Shown here: positions 39,183-47,352 of the stretch, in pieces
How positions within the stretch are numbered: position 1 is the stretch's first letter
Layout: every line of letters begins with the position of its first letter
Assembly (NCBI GenBank): GCA_016214655.1
Contig: JACROC010000005.1
Span: forward strand, 67,078 to 131,077
Source: Candidatus Harrisonbacteria bacterium
GTDB taxonomy: Bacteria; Patescibacteriota; Minisyncoccia; UBA6257; 02-FULL-45-10c
Direction: 5' to 3'
Length of the DNA stretch: 64,000 nucleotides
Made by a program: the position numbers and the translations under genes
The notes under the pieces: generated by a model
Told to the model about the DNA's origin: nothing
Seen by the model: the letters and a program-made list of their open reading frames with translations, nothing else
Database searches by the model: none

Positions 39183-39446
39183 CTACAACTTCGATTGGTA
39201 ATAGATTTTAAGCCGTTTAGCTAAAAACCTGCGACCTCTCGTAGTTTTTAAATATTCTTCGCGCCTTTCCGCGTCTTGTTGATTGACGCAAGCTTCAAAA
39301 TAAATAAGTTTCATAGGTAATCGTGGTTTAGTAGAAAATGATTTACCTTGATTATGTTCTTCTATCCTGCGCTTCAAATTATTGGTGTAACCGACATACC
39401 TTTGCTTATCATATAAACTTTCTAATACGCAAACGTAGAAGAACAT
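39183..39446 (-). CDS. GIY-YIG nuclease family protein (UPF0213)
   Basis: MFFYVCVLESLYDKQRYVGYTNNLKRRIEEHN. Start moved to the internal Met matching the family N-terminus. Lies immediately upstream of lexA, probably as an operon. Confidence 0.7.
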   Translation of the reverse strand: MFFYVCVLESLYDKQRYVGYTNNLKRRIEEHNQGKSFSTKPRLPMKLIYFEACVNQQDAERREEYLKTTRGRRFLAKRLKIYYQSKL

Positions 39447-39604
39447 AATCGAAGTTGTAGCACCGGGCATATTCTTATTATAGCATATTAGTTATGTAAA
39501 AGTACAACCCAGTTGACAGAGTTGACAAGATTTTAAAGAATATAAGGGTGTTGTTGGGATAAAAACTTATAAAACTCCCGCGGAAGGGAAATTTATTATT
39601 CTAA

Positions 39605-40003
39605 TTAAAAATTTAAAAAGAAGATTGCTAACTGCAGTACCGTTGCAAATGCGCCCCAGAAAAGATACGGCAAAAGCAAAACAAAAATCAATTTTGAATA
39701 TTGCCAAATTCTGTATTCAAAAAATGCCAAAGTCCCTAAAATTATTAAAATATCGATTGATGCCGGCCAAAGCGGCCTTAACCCTAGCTGAATTGGGGTG
39801 AATAAAAGATTGGCAGCCAGATTAGCAAGAAAAATCCACAGTAAATTTTTCGGCGCTTCTTTCCTATAAACTAAATAAATCAAATATATTCCCGCGGCCG
39901 CGATCAGCGGATAGATAATCCCCCACGCCAGCCCAAACACCCGTTCCGGCGGAGAAAAAAATGGCTTTTGAATATTCTGATAGAATTCTTGATAAGTTCT
40001 CAC
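39605..40003 (-). CDS. TspO/MBR family (tryptophan-rich sensory protein-like) membrane protein
   Basis: Five TM helices with conserved Trp/Pro positions (GLAWGIIYPLIA, LFTPIQLGLRPLWPA). Confidence 0.65.
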   Translation of the reverse strand: MRTYQEFYQNIQKPFFSPPERVFGLAWGIIYPLIAAAGIYLIYLVYRKEAPKNLLWIFLANLAANLLFTPIQLGLRPLWPASIDILIILGTLAFFEYRIWQYSKLIFVLLLPYLFWGAFATVLQLAIFFLNF

Positions 40004-40080
40004 ATTTTTATTCTACCATACTAAATTCCCGCGGAAGGCAAATTTAGAAACAAAAAACCGCCTAGTTAATCAGGCGGTTA

Positions 40081-40836
40081 TTATTTTTTAGACAAACTCC
40101 AGACAAGAGCAGTGGCATTATCTTCCAAGCCCCGATCCTCTGCCCACTTCATAACATCTTGAGCTGTTGAGCGCCGCATCGCGCATTCTTTGATTTCTTC
40201 AAGAAGCTTGCCGGTGTTGTGATGTCCCGGATCAAAAACTCCATCCGATGCGACCAACACCCACTCTGGATTATGAATCGTATAAATGTCCGGTTCACGC
40301 GAAAGGACTTTGCCGAGATAAGAATCGCCTAAAGCCCGGCTCATTTGCAAACCACGGACTAAAGCACTTAAGTCGGTCCAGATATATCCATCCGCATATA
40401 TTCCGCCGCGCTGTTCCGCCGCTTTCCGCTCTTTAAGATTGGAACGGACATTATGTTCCGGGCTTACATTAAGATTCCCCTCTTGATCCAATACCACTAC
40501 CGGAGAATCACCGAGAACCGCAACCGAAACCCCGGGAATACCATCCAACAGCAGCGCGGCTGAAAAAGTTGAACCCTCACTATAAGCTTCGGTTTGGCTG
40601 TTCAAATCGGCAACCAAGCAGCGCAGGGATTCTTCTGCCTGGCTTTCATCTGTGATCTGAAATAAATCTTTGATTTTTTCCGCGCAAAGTTCCGCAACCG
40701 CTTTCCCGACATGGCCATCCATCACCGCAAGCAGCCAACCTTTTAAATCAGGCTTATCAATCCGCAAGCGGACATATCTGTCTTCCTGATGACTCCTTGG
40801 GCCTTGCCTGATCTCAACACTAACAATGCCTTTCAT
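40081..40836 (-). CDS. PP2C-family serine/threonine phosphatase
   Basis: RSHQEDRY, AVMDGHVG and VASDGVFD metal-binding motifs. Confidence 0.75.
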   Translation of the reverse strand: MKGIVSVEIRQGPRSHQEDRYVRLRIDKPDLKGWLLAVMDGHVGKAVAELCAEKIKDLFQITDESQAEESLRCLVADLNSQTEAYSEGSTFSAALLLDGIPGVSVAVLGDSPVVVLDQEGNLNVSPEHNVRSNLKERKAAEQRGGIYADGYIWTDLSALVRGLQMSRALGDSYLGKVLSREPDIYTIHNPEWVLVASDGVFDPGHHNTGKLLEEIKECAMRRSTAQDVMKWAEDRGLEDNATALVWSLSKK

Positions 40837-40980
40837 TATTCACCCCTCAATAATGCTGATAACAAAATAACTTATCGCGAATCACTCCGTCAATACTCAA
40901 AACTCCTCTGAAAATCAAATTTTATTTTTTTATTATTGCGCCACGACACCGCGGTGTAGTGACGGGCATGTGATATAATG

Positions 40981-41181
40981 CTAAACCAATCTATACTTTT
41001 CATTTCTATAAACTACCCTAACTTTTCTCGTATCTATCTCAATCCATTTTTGGTCCAGCTTATTTTTATAATCCTCTTTCTTTATATAACAATGACCCCA
41101 AATTTTAACTTGGTTTTTCTTATTTTTATCGAAATAAATTTCGGCTAATTTGTTATTTACAATCGCGAAACTCCAGGACAT
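40981..41181 (-). CDS. small protein downstream of XRE regulator (possible toxin partner)
   Basis: 66 aa, basic. Preceded by a repeated operator/promoter cassette identical to the one upstream of 42078..42929. Confidence 0.4.
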   Translation of the reverse strand: MSWSFAIVNNKLAEIYFDKNKKNQVKIWGHCYIKKEDYKNKLDQKWIEIDTRKVRVVYRNEKYRLV

Positions 41182-41263
41182 ATGTTTATTTTATCACAAA
41201 ACAGAGCCACGAGGCGCTGTTTTGATTTTTTACCTCCCGCGGAAGAGAAATTTTATATAAATT

Positions 41264-41566
41264 CTAAACTAAAGAAATTTTCAATTTCCCCTTGAGTGAA
41301 TTAGCGATTTTATTTAGTTTATCCGCTGTAACGTTCTGCTCTCCGCTTTCAATTCTAGCAATCTCGCTCTGAGTGGTTTGCATTTTTTTAGCTAATTCTT
41401 TTTGAGTTAAACCCCTTTTCTTTCTTGCGGAATAAATTTCGTAGCCAAGCGCAAGTCTGTGAAACCTCTCATCGGCTTTCGCCCGAGCTTTTTTAGTTGG
41501 ATATTGCTCTTTTAAAATATCTTCAAAAGAGCGGAATTTAATTTTTGTATTTTGGTTTTTTGTCAT
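41264..41566 (-). CDS. XRE-family helix-turn-helix transcriptional regulator
   Basis: RKKRGLTQKELAKKMQTTQSEIARIESGEQNVTADKLNKIANSL is a canonical Cro/C1-type HTH. Confidence 0.75.
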   Translation of the reverse strand: MTKNQNTKIKFRSFEDILKEQYPTKKARAKADERFHRLALGYEIYSARKKRGLTQKELAKKMQTTQSEIARIESGEQNVTADKLNKIANSLKGKLKISLV

Positions 41567-41680
41567 TATTTTATTTAAATAAAAATAGCATATATGCTAT
41601 ATTTGTCAATGGTGGTTTGTGAATAACTACCCCACTACACCGCGGTGTAGTGACGTGGTAAGTAAAATTAAAGTAAAAAT

Positions 41681-42073
41681 TTATAATTTTACTTCTTTGA
41701 TTTCAATCTGCGATCTACCTTTTCCTTCCTCTTTTGGCTTTTGAAAATTTATAAGTAAACCAATTTTTATTTTGAGAATTCTCATATAATTTTTGATTTG
41801 TTGCTCCTCAGACGCCCCAAGCTCACTACCAACCGCTTTCAACTCCAGAACTACCCTATCCTTCCCGAAACTTACAATTATATCCGGATATCCTTCGCCG
41901 ACATAATGATCTTTGTATTTAAGCTCAACTACTTTTTGATTTTCATATCTGATTTTCGCCAACCTTAAACCAACCTGCATGGCTTTATCATATACATCTT
42001 CCGAAAAACCGGAGCCTAAGGAGCGGTAAACATCCCTGGCGATTTTTTTGATTTTATTCAATTTGTTTTGCAT
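41681..42073 (-). CDS. GxxExxY protein (PD-(D/E)XK nuclease-like)
   Basis: GEGYPDIIV...LELKAV matches the GxxExxY signature. Start taken at MQNKLNKI, 4 nt after the upstream stop. Confidence 0.65.
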   Translation of the reverse strand: MQNKLNKIKKIARDVYRSLGSGFSEDVYDKAMQVGLRLAKIRYENQKVVELKYKDHYVGEGYPDIIVSFGKDRVVLELKAVGSELGASEEQQIKNYMRILKIKIGLLINFQKPKEEGKGRSQIEIKEVKL

Positions 42074-42077
42074 AAGT

Positions 42078-42929
42078 TTATTTTCTCTTATTTTCATCTA
42101 AAGTCTTCCCATTTTTATCTTCCCACTGAGTCCATCCATTTACAGATCTTCCCATGATAACATCTCCAGCAGCGCTCGGACTTCTAAAAATGTGGTCCTT
42201 TGTAAAAATAAAAGATTTGTCATTTTCTTTTTTTAAAACACCGTCATTCTGAAGTTTTTGACGAAGATTTCGGCTGCTCATAGGAAGTCCTCTCCTCTCA
42301 GCTATGCGAACCAATGAACCTTTATAAACCACAAATTCTCCATTCTCAAGTAATAAGCCAGAGCCCCTTGCATCTTTATTTTTTTTATCCTCACAAAAAT
42401 ATTTTTCTTCTGTATCTTTTTTAAGATCGTGAATATCTTGAAATAAAGTAAATCCTAAAAAATTTAAAATAAATTGAATTTTACTAAAAAGTTCATCATT
42501 AACAATCCTTTTGTGTTCTGAAAGCCTGGCTTCTTCTGGTTCTGGTTTTGTTTTATTTTCAATATCATAACGATCTACATGCTTTGCTAATTTTATAGAC
42601 TTACTTTCAAGATATTTTATATCGGCGCTATCTAAATTTTTATTAGTAATTATAACCCCAGTCTCCCAAAATTCTTTTTCTGCGTCATGATTACTAAGTC
42701 TTTGATAAAATTTTTCTGATTGTCCAATATAAACAATCTGTCTTGAAGGATCTTCTCCGGCGCCAAAAAGGAAATAAACTCCTGCCTGATTAACTTCTGA
42801 TCGCTTTCCAAGATCTTTTAATTTATTCCGCGGAACCACAAATACCTCACTATTAAAATTAGCGAGATCAATTATTTTAATTCCGTTTGGATTATCATCA
42901 GGAAGTAATATTGTTATAACTTGCGCCAT
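42078..42929 (-). CDS. GIY-YIG nuclease domain protein with C-terminal DUF4357-like domain
   Basis: N-terminal GVYFLFGAGEDPSRQIVYIGQSE...RLSNHD GIY-YIG core. C-terminal region resembles the DUF4357 domain found on such nucleases. Confidence 0.6.
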   Translation of the reverse strand: MAQVITILLPDDNPNGIKIIDLANFNSEVFVVPRNKLKDLGKRSEVNQAGVYFLFGAGEDPSRQIVYIGQSEKFYQRLSNHDAEKEFWETGVIITNKNLDSADIKYLESKSIKLAKHVDRYDIENKTKPEPEEARLSEHKRIVNDELFSKIQFILNFLGFTLFQDIHDLKKDTEEKYFCEDKKNKDARGSGLLLENGEFVVYKGSLVRIAERRGLPMSSRNLRQKLQNDGVLKKENDKSFIFTKDHIFRSPSAAGDVIMGRSVNGWTQWEDKNGKTLDENKRK

Positions 42930-43318
42930 ATATTTATTTTATCACAAAACAGCGCCACAAGGCGCTGTTTTAATTTTTTGACTCCCGCGGAAGGGAATTT
43001 TTATTTAACTTCTTAATAAACAACCTGCTTAAGCAGACACCCTCGCAAAAAGAAATAAAGTAATTACTTACCTTTAATCTAATGATCCCAAACCCTTATC
43101 GCTATAAGAAAAACCTTAACCGAGAAGAATGCCACAAGATGCATCGCGTAAAACCATATTTCATCAAACATCTGTATTCCCCATATCTTATATGAAATCC
43201 AGAATACCAAAGAATGAAAAACTAAATAAGTTAAACTCCCAATGAATCGATTAGAGTTTGGAGATAAACCATTTGAAGATCTATAATGATGCTGGAATTT
43301 TATCATTTACATACTATC

Positions 43319-43678
43319 TTATTTAATTAAACTGGCTTCAAGTAATTTACCCGTAACAGAATTTATTCTTTCGTAAATCACAAAAACTTTACTTTTAGCC
43401 ATTCCAATATTTTCTATCTTTTTATCAAAATGAACGATATCGTTTCTGTATTCTTGTATGAAATTTCGCAAATAAGTAATATCAATTTTTATACTCTCCC
43501 CTAGTTTCTTTTCAAAAATTGGTGCTAAAAAATTTCCATTGCCACAAGCAGGCTCAAGAAAGCGAGATTCGATTCTCTCTGTCTCATTTTTAACCAAATC
43601 TAACATTGCATCCACCTCTCGTTCCCGGGTGAATACTTCGCCATGATCCTTAACTCTTTGTTTAGACTTTATTTGCAT
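43319..43678 (-). pseudogene. N-terminal fragment of an N6-adenine DNA methyltransferase (Eco57I-like), truncated
   Basis: VFTREREVDAMLDLV...LEPACGNGNFL holds motif X and motif I only. No NPPY motif IV. Followed by an unrelated small ORF, so the gene is decayed. Confidence 0.5.
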
Positions 43679-43924
43679 AATATTTTATTTAAAAAATCTC
43701 GCTGTCGGCACGCCGAGGGCTTTAGTGATTCTTTTGACGGTATAAAAAGTCGAGTTCGGTGTTGCCCTAGCTTCAATTTTAGCGTCAATAAATACATCTT
43801 AAAGTGCTTATAAAATTTTTGTTCCTTGGGTATAATTTATACATAAATTATACATCAAATTAATTCTTAATAAGAATCAACAAAAGTTAATAACAGGGTT
43901 CACCTAGCTAGGCGAATCTTGAAA

Positions 43925-44104
43925 AAACTAAACCTATCTGTCGTACGGCAACTACGGAAGCGCCAAAAGCTAGGAACCGCAGCCCCGACGATATGTCGGG
44001 GCTTTTTGCGATAGCAAAACCAGGTTTTTGGCGCTGAGACGTAGGAGCCGTCCCGCGCTGGACGGGACGGACTCCGGTGCCGGTAGACAAATAGGTTTAG
44101 TTTT
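43925..44104 (+). ncRNA. GC-rich structured RNA, paralog A of an unassigned family
   Basis: 5' AACTAAACCTATCTG pairs with 3' CAAATAGGTTTAGTT. Conserved cores GTCGTACGGCAACTACGGA and CCGGTGCCGGTAG are shared with paralog B. Internal hairpins GCGCCAAAAG..TTTTGGCGC and CCGTCCC..GGACGGG. The track ORF 43908..44090 is spurious. Confidence 0.45.
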
Positions 44105-44162
44105 AAAGAGGTTTAAAAATCAAAAAGAGGCCTTATGGCCTCAAATTATCTTAGCTCGGCTA

Positions 44163-44459
44163 TTAAGCCGTCTTAAATTCAGGATATAACTGCACATCAT
44201 TTTCTAGATTCCGGATTCTCTTTATTAAACTCTTGTGCACGTATATTTCTGGAGTTCTAGGCGCGGGAGACTTAAATAAAAATATATCATTGCTTATGCT
44301 GCAGTTAATCCAGACTTCAAAATCTGGGCGGAGCACAATCAGATTATTTTTTAAATCCCAGCTATCCAGGTCCCCAAGGTCAAATACCGCTCCCCCGGGA
44401 GATACGCCGTGCGGAGTCATGTGCAACTGCTCGGTAAATACAACCTCCAACATGTCCAA
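44163..44459 (-). CDS. hypothetical protein
   Basis: 98 aa, downstream of fic. A hairpin plus T-run terminator follows on the minus strand (44115-44140). Confidence 0.4.
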   Translation of the reverse strand: MDMLEVVFTEQLHMTPHGVSPGGAVFDLGDLDSWDLKNNLIVLRPDFEVWINCSISNDIFLFKSPAPRTPEIYVHKSLIKRIRNLENDVQLYPEFKTA

Positions 44460-44538
44460 TCCCTTTATAAAAAGTTCTGAAAAGAGTATATCAATAAGTT
44501 TTTACAAGGTCAAAGATGAGATACTATATTGCCGTCAA

Positions 44539-45420
44539 CTAAATACCGATTTTCCAAATATTCTTTTCTAAAAAAGCCTCAATGGTCTGCCGACTGGCCT
44601 TATTGATAAGATTTGAATGAGAGAGTTTATTATTCTTCGCGTATTCGGTTAAGGTAATAATTTTTTTACCCTCTAAATATGCCAACCGTTTATAATAACT
44701 ATTCGTAAGCGCCCTGCCTACTATCTCCTCCATAATGGCAGTTTTGCCTTTTTCATCAAATTCTTTAAACGCTTCGTAATATTTAACCCTATCAATAAAT
44801 TTTATATTTATCGGAACAAAACCTTCCCGGATCAATAAATAGTTATTTATAACTCTTCCAATGCGGCCATTGCCATCAATAAACGGATGGGTATGCTCAA
44901 ATGTAAGATGCAATAACGCAATGCGTTTTATAATATTTTCATGGCTGCTTGCGTTATATTCTGCAAGCATTTTTTCTAATCGTTCTATTATTTCTTTTGG
45001 CGCCGGAGCGATGTGGCTACCGACACGAACACGCTCGTCACCTTTTCTAAATCTTCCGGCTATATCGTCACGGATGTTAGAAATAAGCATTTTGTGAAGT
45101 GACAACATGACGTCCAACGTCAATTCTTGTTCTTTAGCTCTTTTATCTATGTACGACACCACTCGCGCAAGATTTTTTGCTTCAAAAATCTCGCGTTCAC
45201 TGATAAATCGGTCCAAGTCAATCTGGAGAAGTATCTTTTCCGTCTCCTCAAGCGTGAGAGTACTATTCTCAATGGCGTTTGAGTTATATACCTGTTCAGC
45301 GACCTCAGCCTCAGAGACAAGTTTAATAAGCGCATTTTTACCAACAGATGCTTTGTAGTATCTCTCGCGAAGAGAATGTATCTTATTAAATACGCCAGAT
45401 ATTTTTGTCATATATAACAA
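44539..45420 (-). CDS. fic: Fic/DOC family protein (AMPylase-type motif)
   Basis: HPFIDGNGRIGR matches the HPFx(D/E)GNGRxxR Fic motif. Confidence 0.8.
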   Translation of the reverse strand: MLYMTKISGVFNKIHSLRERYYKASVGKNALIKLVSEAEVAEQVYNSNAIENSTLTLEETEKILLQIDLDRFISEREIFEAKNLARVVSYIDKRAKEQELTLDVMLSLHKMLISNIRDDIAGRFRKGDERVRVGSHIAPAPKEIIERLEKMLAEYNASSHENIIKRIALLHLTFEHTHPFIDGNGRIGRVINNYLLIREGFVPINIKFIDRVKYYEAFKEFDEKGKTAIMEEIVGRALTNSYYKRLAYLEGKKIITLTEYAKNNKLSHSNLINKASRQTIEAFLEKNIWKIGI

Positions 45421-45430
45421 TTATAGCCAC

Positions 45431-45528
45431 TTTCACGGTTTTGTCAATATAACCGTGAAAATACCTGTTTTTTCCTATATTTACACGGTTTTGGATCGTT
45501 CTATATTCAATTGTCAAGTAATTGACAA
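45431..45528. promoter_or_regulatory. inverted-repeat operators in the fic promoter region
   Basis: TTTCACGGTT-N10-AACCGTGAAA (45431-45460) and TTGTCAA-gtaa-TTGACAA (45511-45528), upstream of the minus-strand fic start. Confidence 0.45.
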
Positions 45529-46125
45529 CTAACGTACAGAATATTTTTTTCGATTCCAAAAACAATGTTCCATATGGTCATTCACCATCCCGGTTGCCTG
45601 CATATGGGCGTACAAAGTCGTTGGACCGAGAAATTTGAAGCCACGGTTCTTCAGATCTTTTGACCACGTAATAGCCTCATCGCTCACCGCCTTATAGTCG
45701 CTCATTTTCGCCACCTTATTGATAATCGGACGATTATCTACAAACCCCCACATATATTTTGAGAAGGTGCCAAATTCTTTTTTAACTTCCAAAAACCGGG
45801 CGGCGTTGTTGATGGCCGCTTCTATCTTTAATCGGTTCCGCACAATTCCGGCATCCTGCATCAGGCGGTTAAAATCTTTTTTAGTAAACCTGGCTACCCG
45901 CACCGGATCAAAACCCGCAAAAGCCTTCCGGAAGTTTTTCCTTTTATTAAGAATCGTCCTCCAGCTCAAACCGGCCTGGAAACTCTCCAGGCACAAAAAT
46001 TCAAATATCTTTTTATCATCATGAAGCGGAACGCCCCATTCCTTATCGTGATATTCTTTCATTAAGAAATCCTGCTCCAATACCCACTTGCACCGCCCTA
46101 GTGTTTTATTTATTGTCCGTACCAT
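45529..46125 (-). CDS. tag: DNA-3-methyladenine glycosylase I
   Basis: RCKWV...YHDKEWGVP...FEFLCLESFQAGLSW aligns with the E. coli Tag N-terminus. C-terminal zinc ligands HMEHC. Confidence 0.85.
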   Translation of the reverse strand: MVRTINKTLGRCKWVLEQDFLMKEYHDKEWGVPLHDDKKIFEFLCLESFQAGLSWRTILNKRKNFRKAFAGFDPVRVARFTKKDFNRLMQDAGIVRNRLKIEAAINNAARFLEVKKEFGTFSKYMWGFVDNRPIINKVAKMSDYKAVSDEAITWSKDLKNRGFKFLGPTTLYAHMQATGMVNDHMEHCFWNRKKYSVR

Positions 46126-46178
46126 AACCCCAATGATAACAAAATAATTTTCAATAAAAAAACGGCGCTTTGGCCGTT

Positions 46179-46907
46179 CTATTCTTGGACTATCTTAATA
46201 TCTATAGAACACCGGAAAACTGCGGAAAATAGAGTAAACATAGAATAAATCCAAAATACTGATAAAACAGTGTCATTGATAAAATACGCGCCGACATCAA
46301 AAAATATTCTTCCGCCGTCCAAAAATCCCGCCGGCATCAAATTAAGAACAAAAAGCATCAGGTTAAAATGCAGGAAATATTTTACCGCATCATTCACGGC
46401 TACCGGACCGACCCTTAAAGGAAGTTTTACATGACTGCTGAAAGTGAAAAAATGCGTAAAGAATAAGGCGGCTGACAACAATAATTGCAGCGGAAGCTCT
46501 GCGGCATTGCACGAAAAATCCTTCCAGGAAAGTTTTCCGTTCCAAACTGCCAGAAGTTGGAGAAGTAAAACAGTAAATATGACACCCAGCGCGTTATTCC
46601 GAACACCAGCCAAGCTGATCATGCATCGGTCTAAAACAGGCATAGCTTTTTCCTTCAGATTTCCCGCTTTAGTCGGACGGACATAAGCCATAATCGGGAT
46701 TAAGCGGACATTCAGATTCCAACCGCCCATATCATGGGAATAAAGTATAGGCCCGAGACCAAGTGAAAATTCTTCCACCGGTATGTTTCTTTTTTGACAT
46801 TCGCGAAAATGGCCGAATTCATGCAAAGCAAAACAGGCTTCCAATACCGCTAAAACTAAGAAAATTCGAAGTATCCACTTCGGGCCGCGCAGAGGATCGG
46901 CAGACAT
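46179..46907 (-). CDS. membrane metalloprotease (HExxH, site-2-protease-like)
   Basis: HEFGHF motif in the first TM region. Polytopic. Confidence 0.5.
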   Translation of the reverse strand: MSADPLRGPKWILRIFLVLAVLEACFALHEFGHFRECQKRNIPVEEFSLGLGPILYSHDMGGWNLNVRLIPIMAYVRPTKAGNLKEKAMPVLDRCMISLAGVRNNALGVIFTVLLLQLLAVWNGKLSWKDFSCNAAELPLQLLLSAALFFTHFFTFSSHVKLPLRVGPVAVNDAVKYFLHFNLMLFVLNLMPAGFLDGGRIFFDVGAYFINDTVLSVFWIYSMFTLFSAVFRCSIDIKIVQE

Positions 46908-46988
46908 TCTTATTCCGCTTTCAAAGATACTGACCCCAGATTACATGAAAATAATCAAGCGCGCAACAAAAATCCGCCGATTGGCGGA

Positions 46989-47312
46989 CTACTGGGTCAA
47001 GAATTTTTTCAGAAACTCTTCAGTGGACGGGATACCTCGGGCAACATCAACCTGCCGGCCGTTCTTGAATAAAATCAAAGTCGGAATAGAACGGACATTG
47101 TATTCCAGCGGAGTCATCGCATTCTGGTCGATATTCAATTTTACAAATTTTACCTTGCCAGCAAACTTTTTCGCGTACTCTTCAAACATCGGCGCCAACG
47201 CTTGGCACGGCGCGCACCATGGAGCCCAGAAATCCACTACTACCGGCTTATCGGAACGCAAAACCACTTCCTCAAAATTCGCGTCAGTAACTTCCTCTAC
47301 GTATTCGTTCAT
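46989..47312 (-). CDS. trxA: thioredoxin
   Basis: VVDFWAPWCAPCQALAP contains the WCxPC active site. 107 aa. Confidence 0.85.
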   Translation of the reverse strand: MNEYVEEVTDANFEEVVLRSDKPVVVDFWAPWCAPCQALAPMFEEYAKKFAGKVKFVKLNIDQNAMTPLEYNVRSIPTLILFKNGRQVDVARGIPSTEEFLKKFLTQ

Positions 47313-47321
47313 ACTAGCTTC

Positions 47322-47352
47322 CTATTTATTTTATCAAAACTAAGCTGAATAT
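47322..47352. terminator. bidirectional terminator hairpin
   Basis: AAAAATTCCC-tgttaatcct-GGGAATTTTT perfect 10-bp inverted repeat flanked by A/T runs, between the RRM gene and trxA. Confidence 0.4.

Noticed and set aside
40981-41566. Calling the XRE/small-protein pair a specific HigBA or RelBE toxin-antitoxin
   Set aside because: The gene order (HTH first, small protein second) and the small protein's sequence do not clearly match a known toxin family. Kept as TA-like only.
43908-44090. 60-aa minus-strand ORF over ncRNA A
   Set aside because: Gly/Ala/Arg-rich, low-complexity translation of a GC-rich hairpin-dense region. The locus is better explained as structured RNA conserved with locus B.
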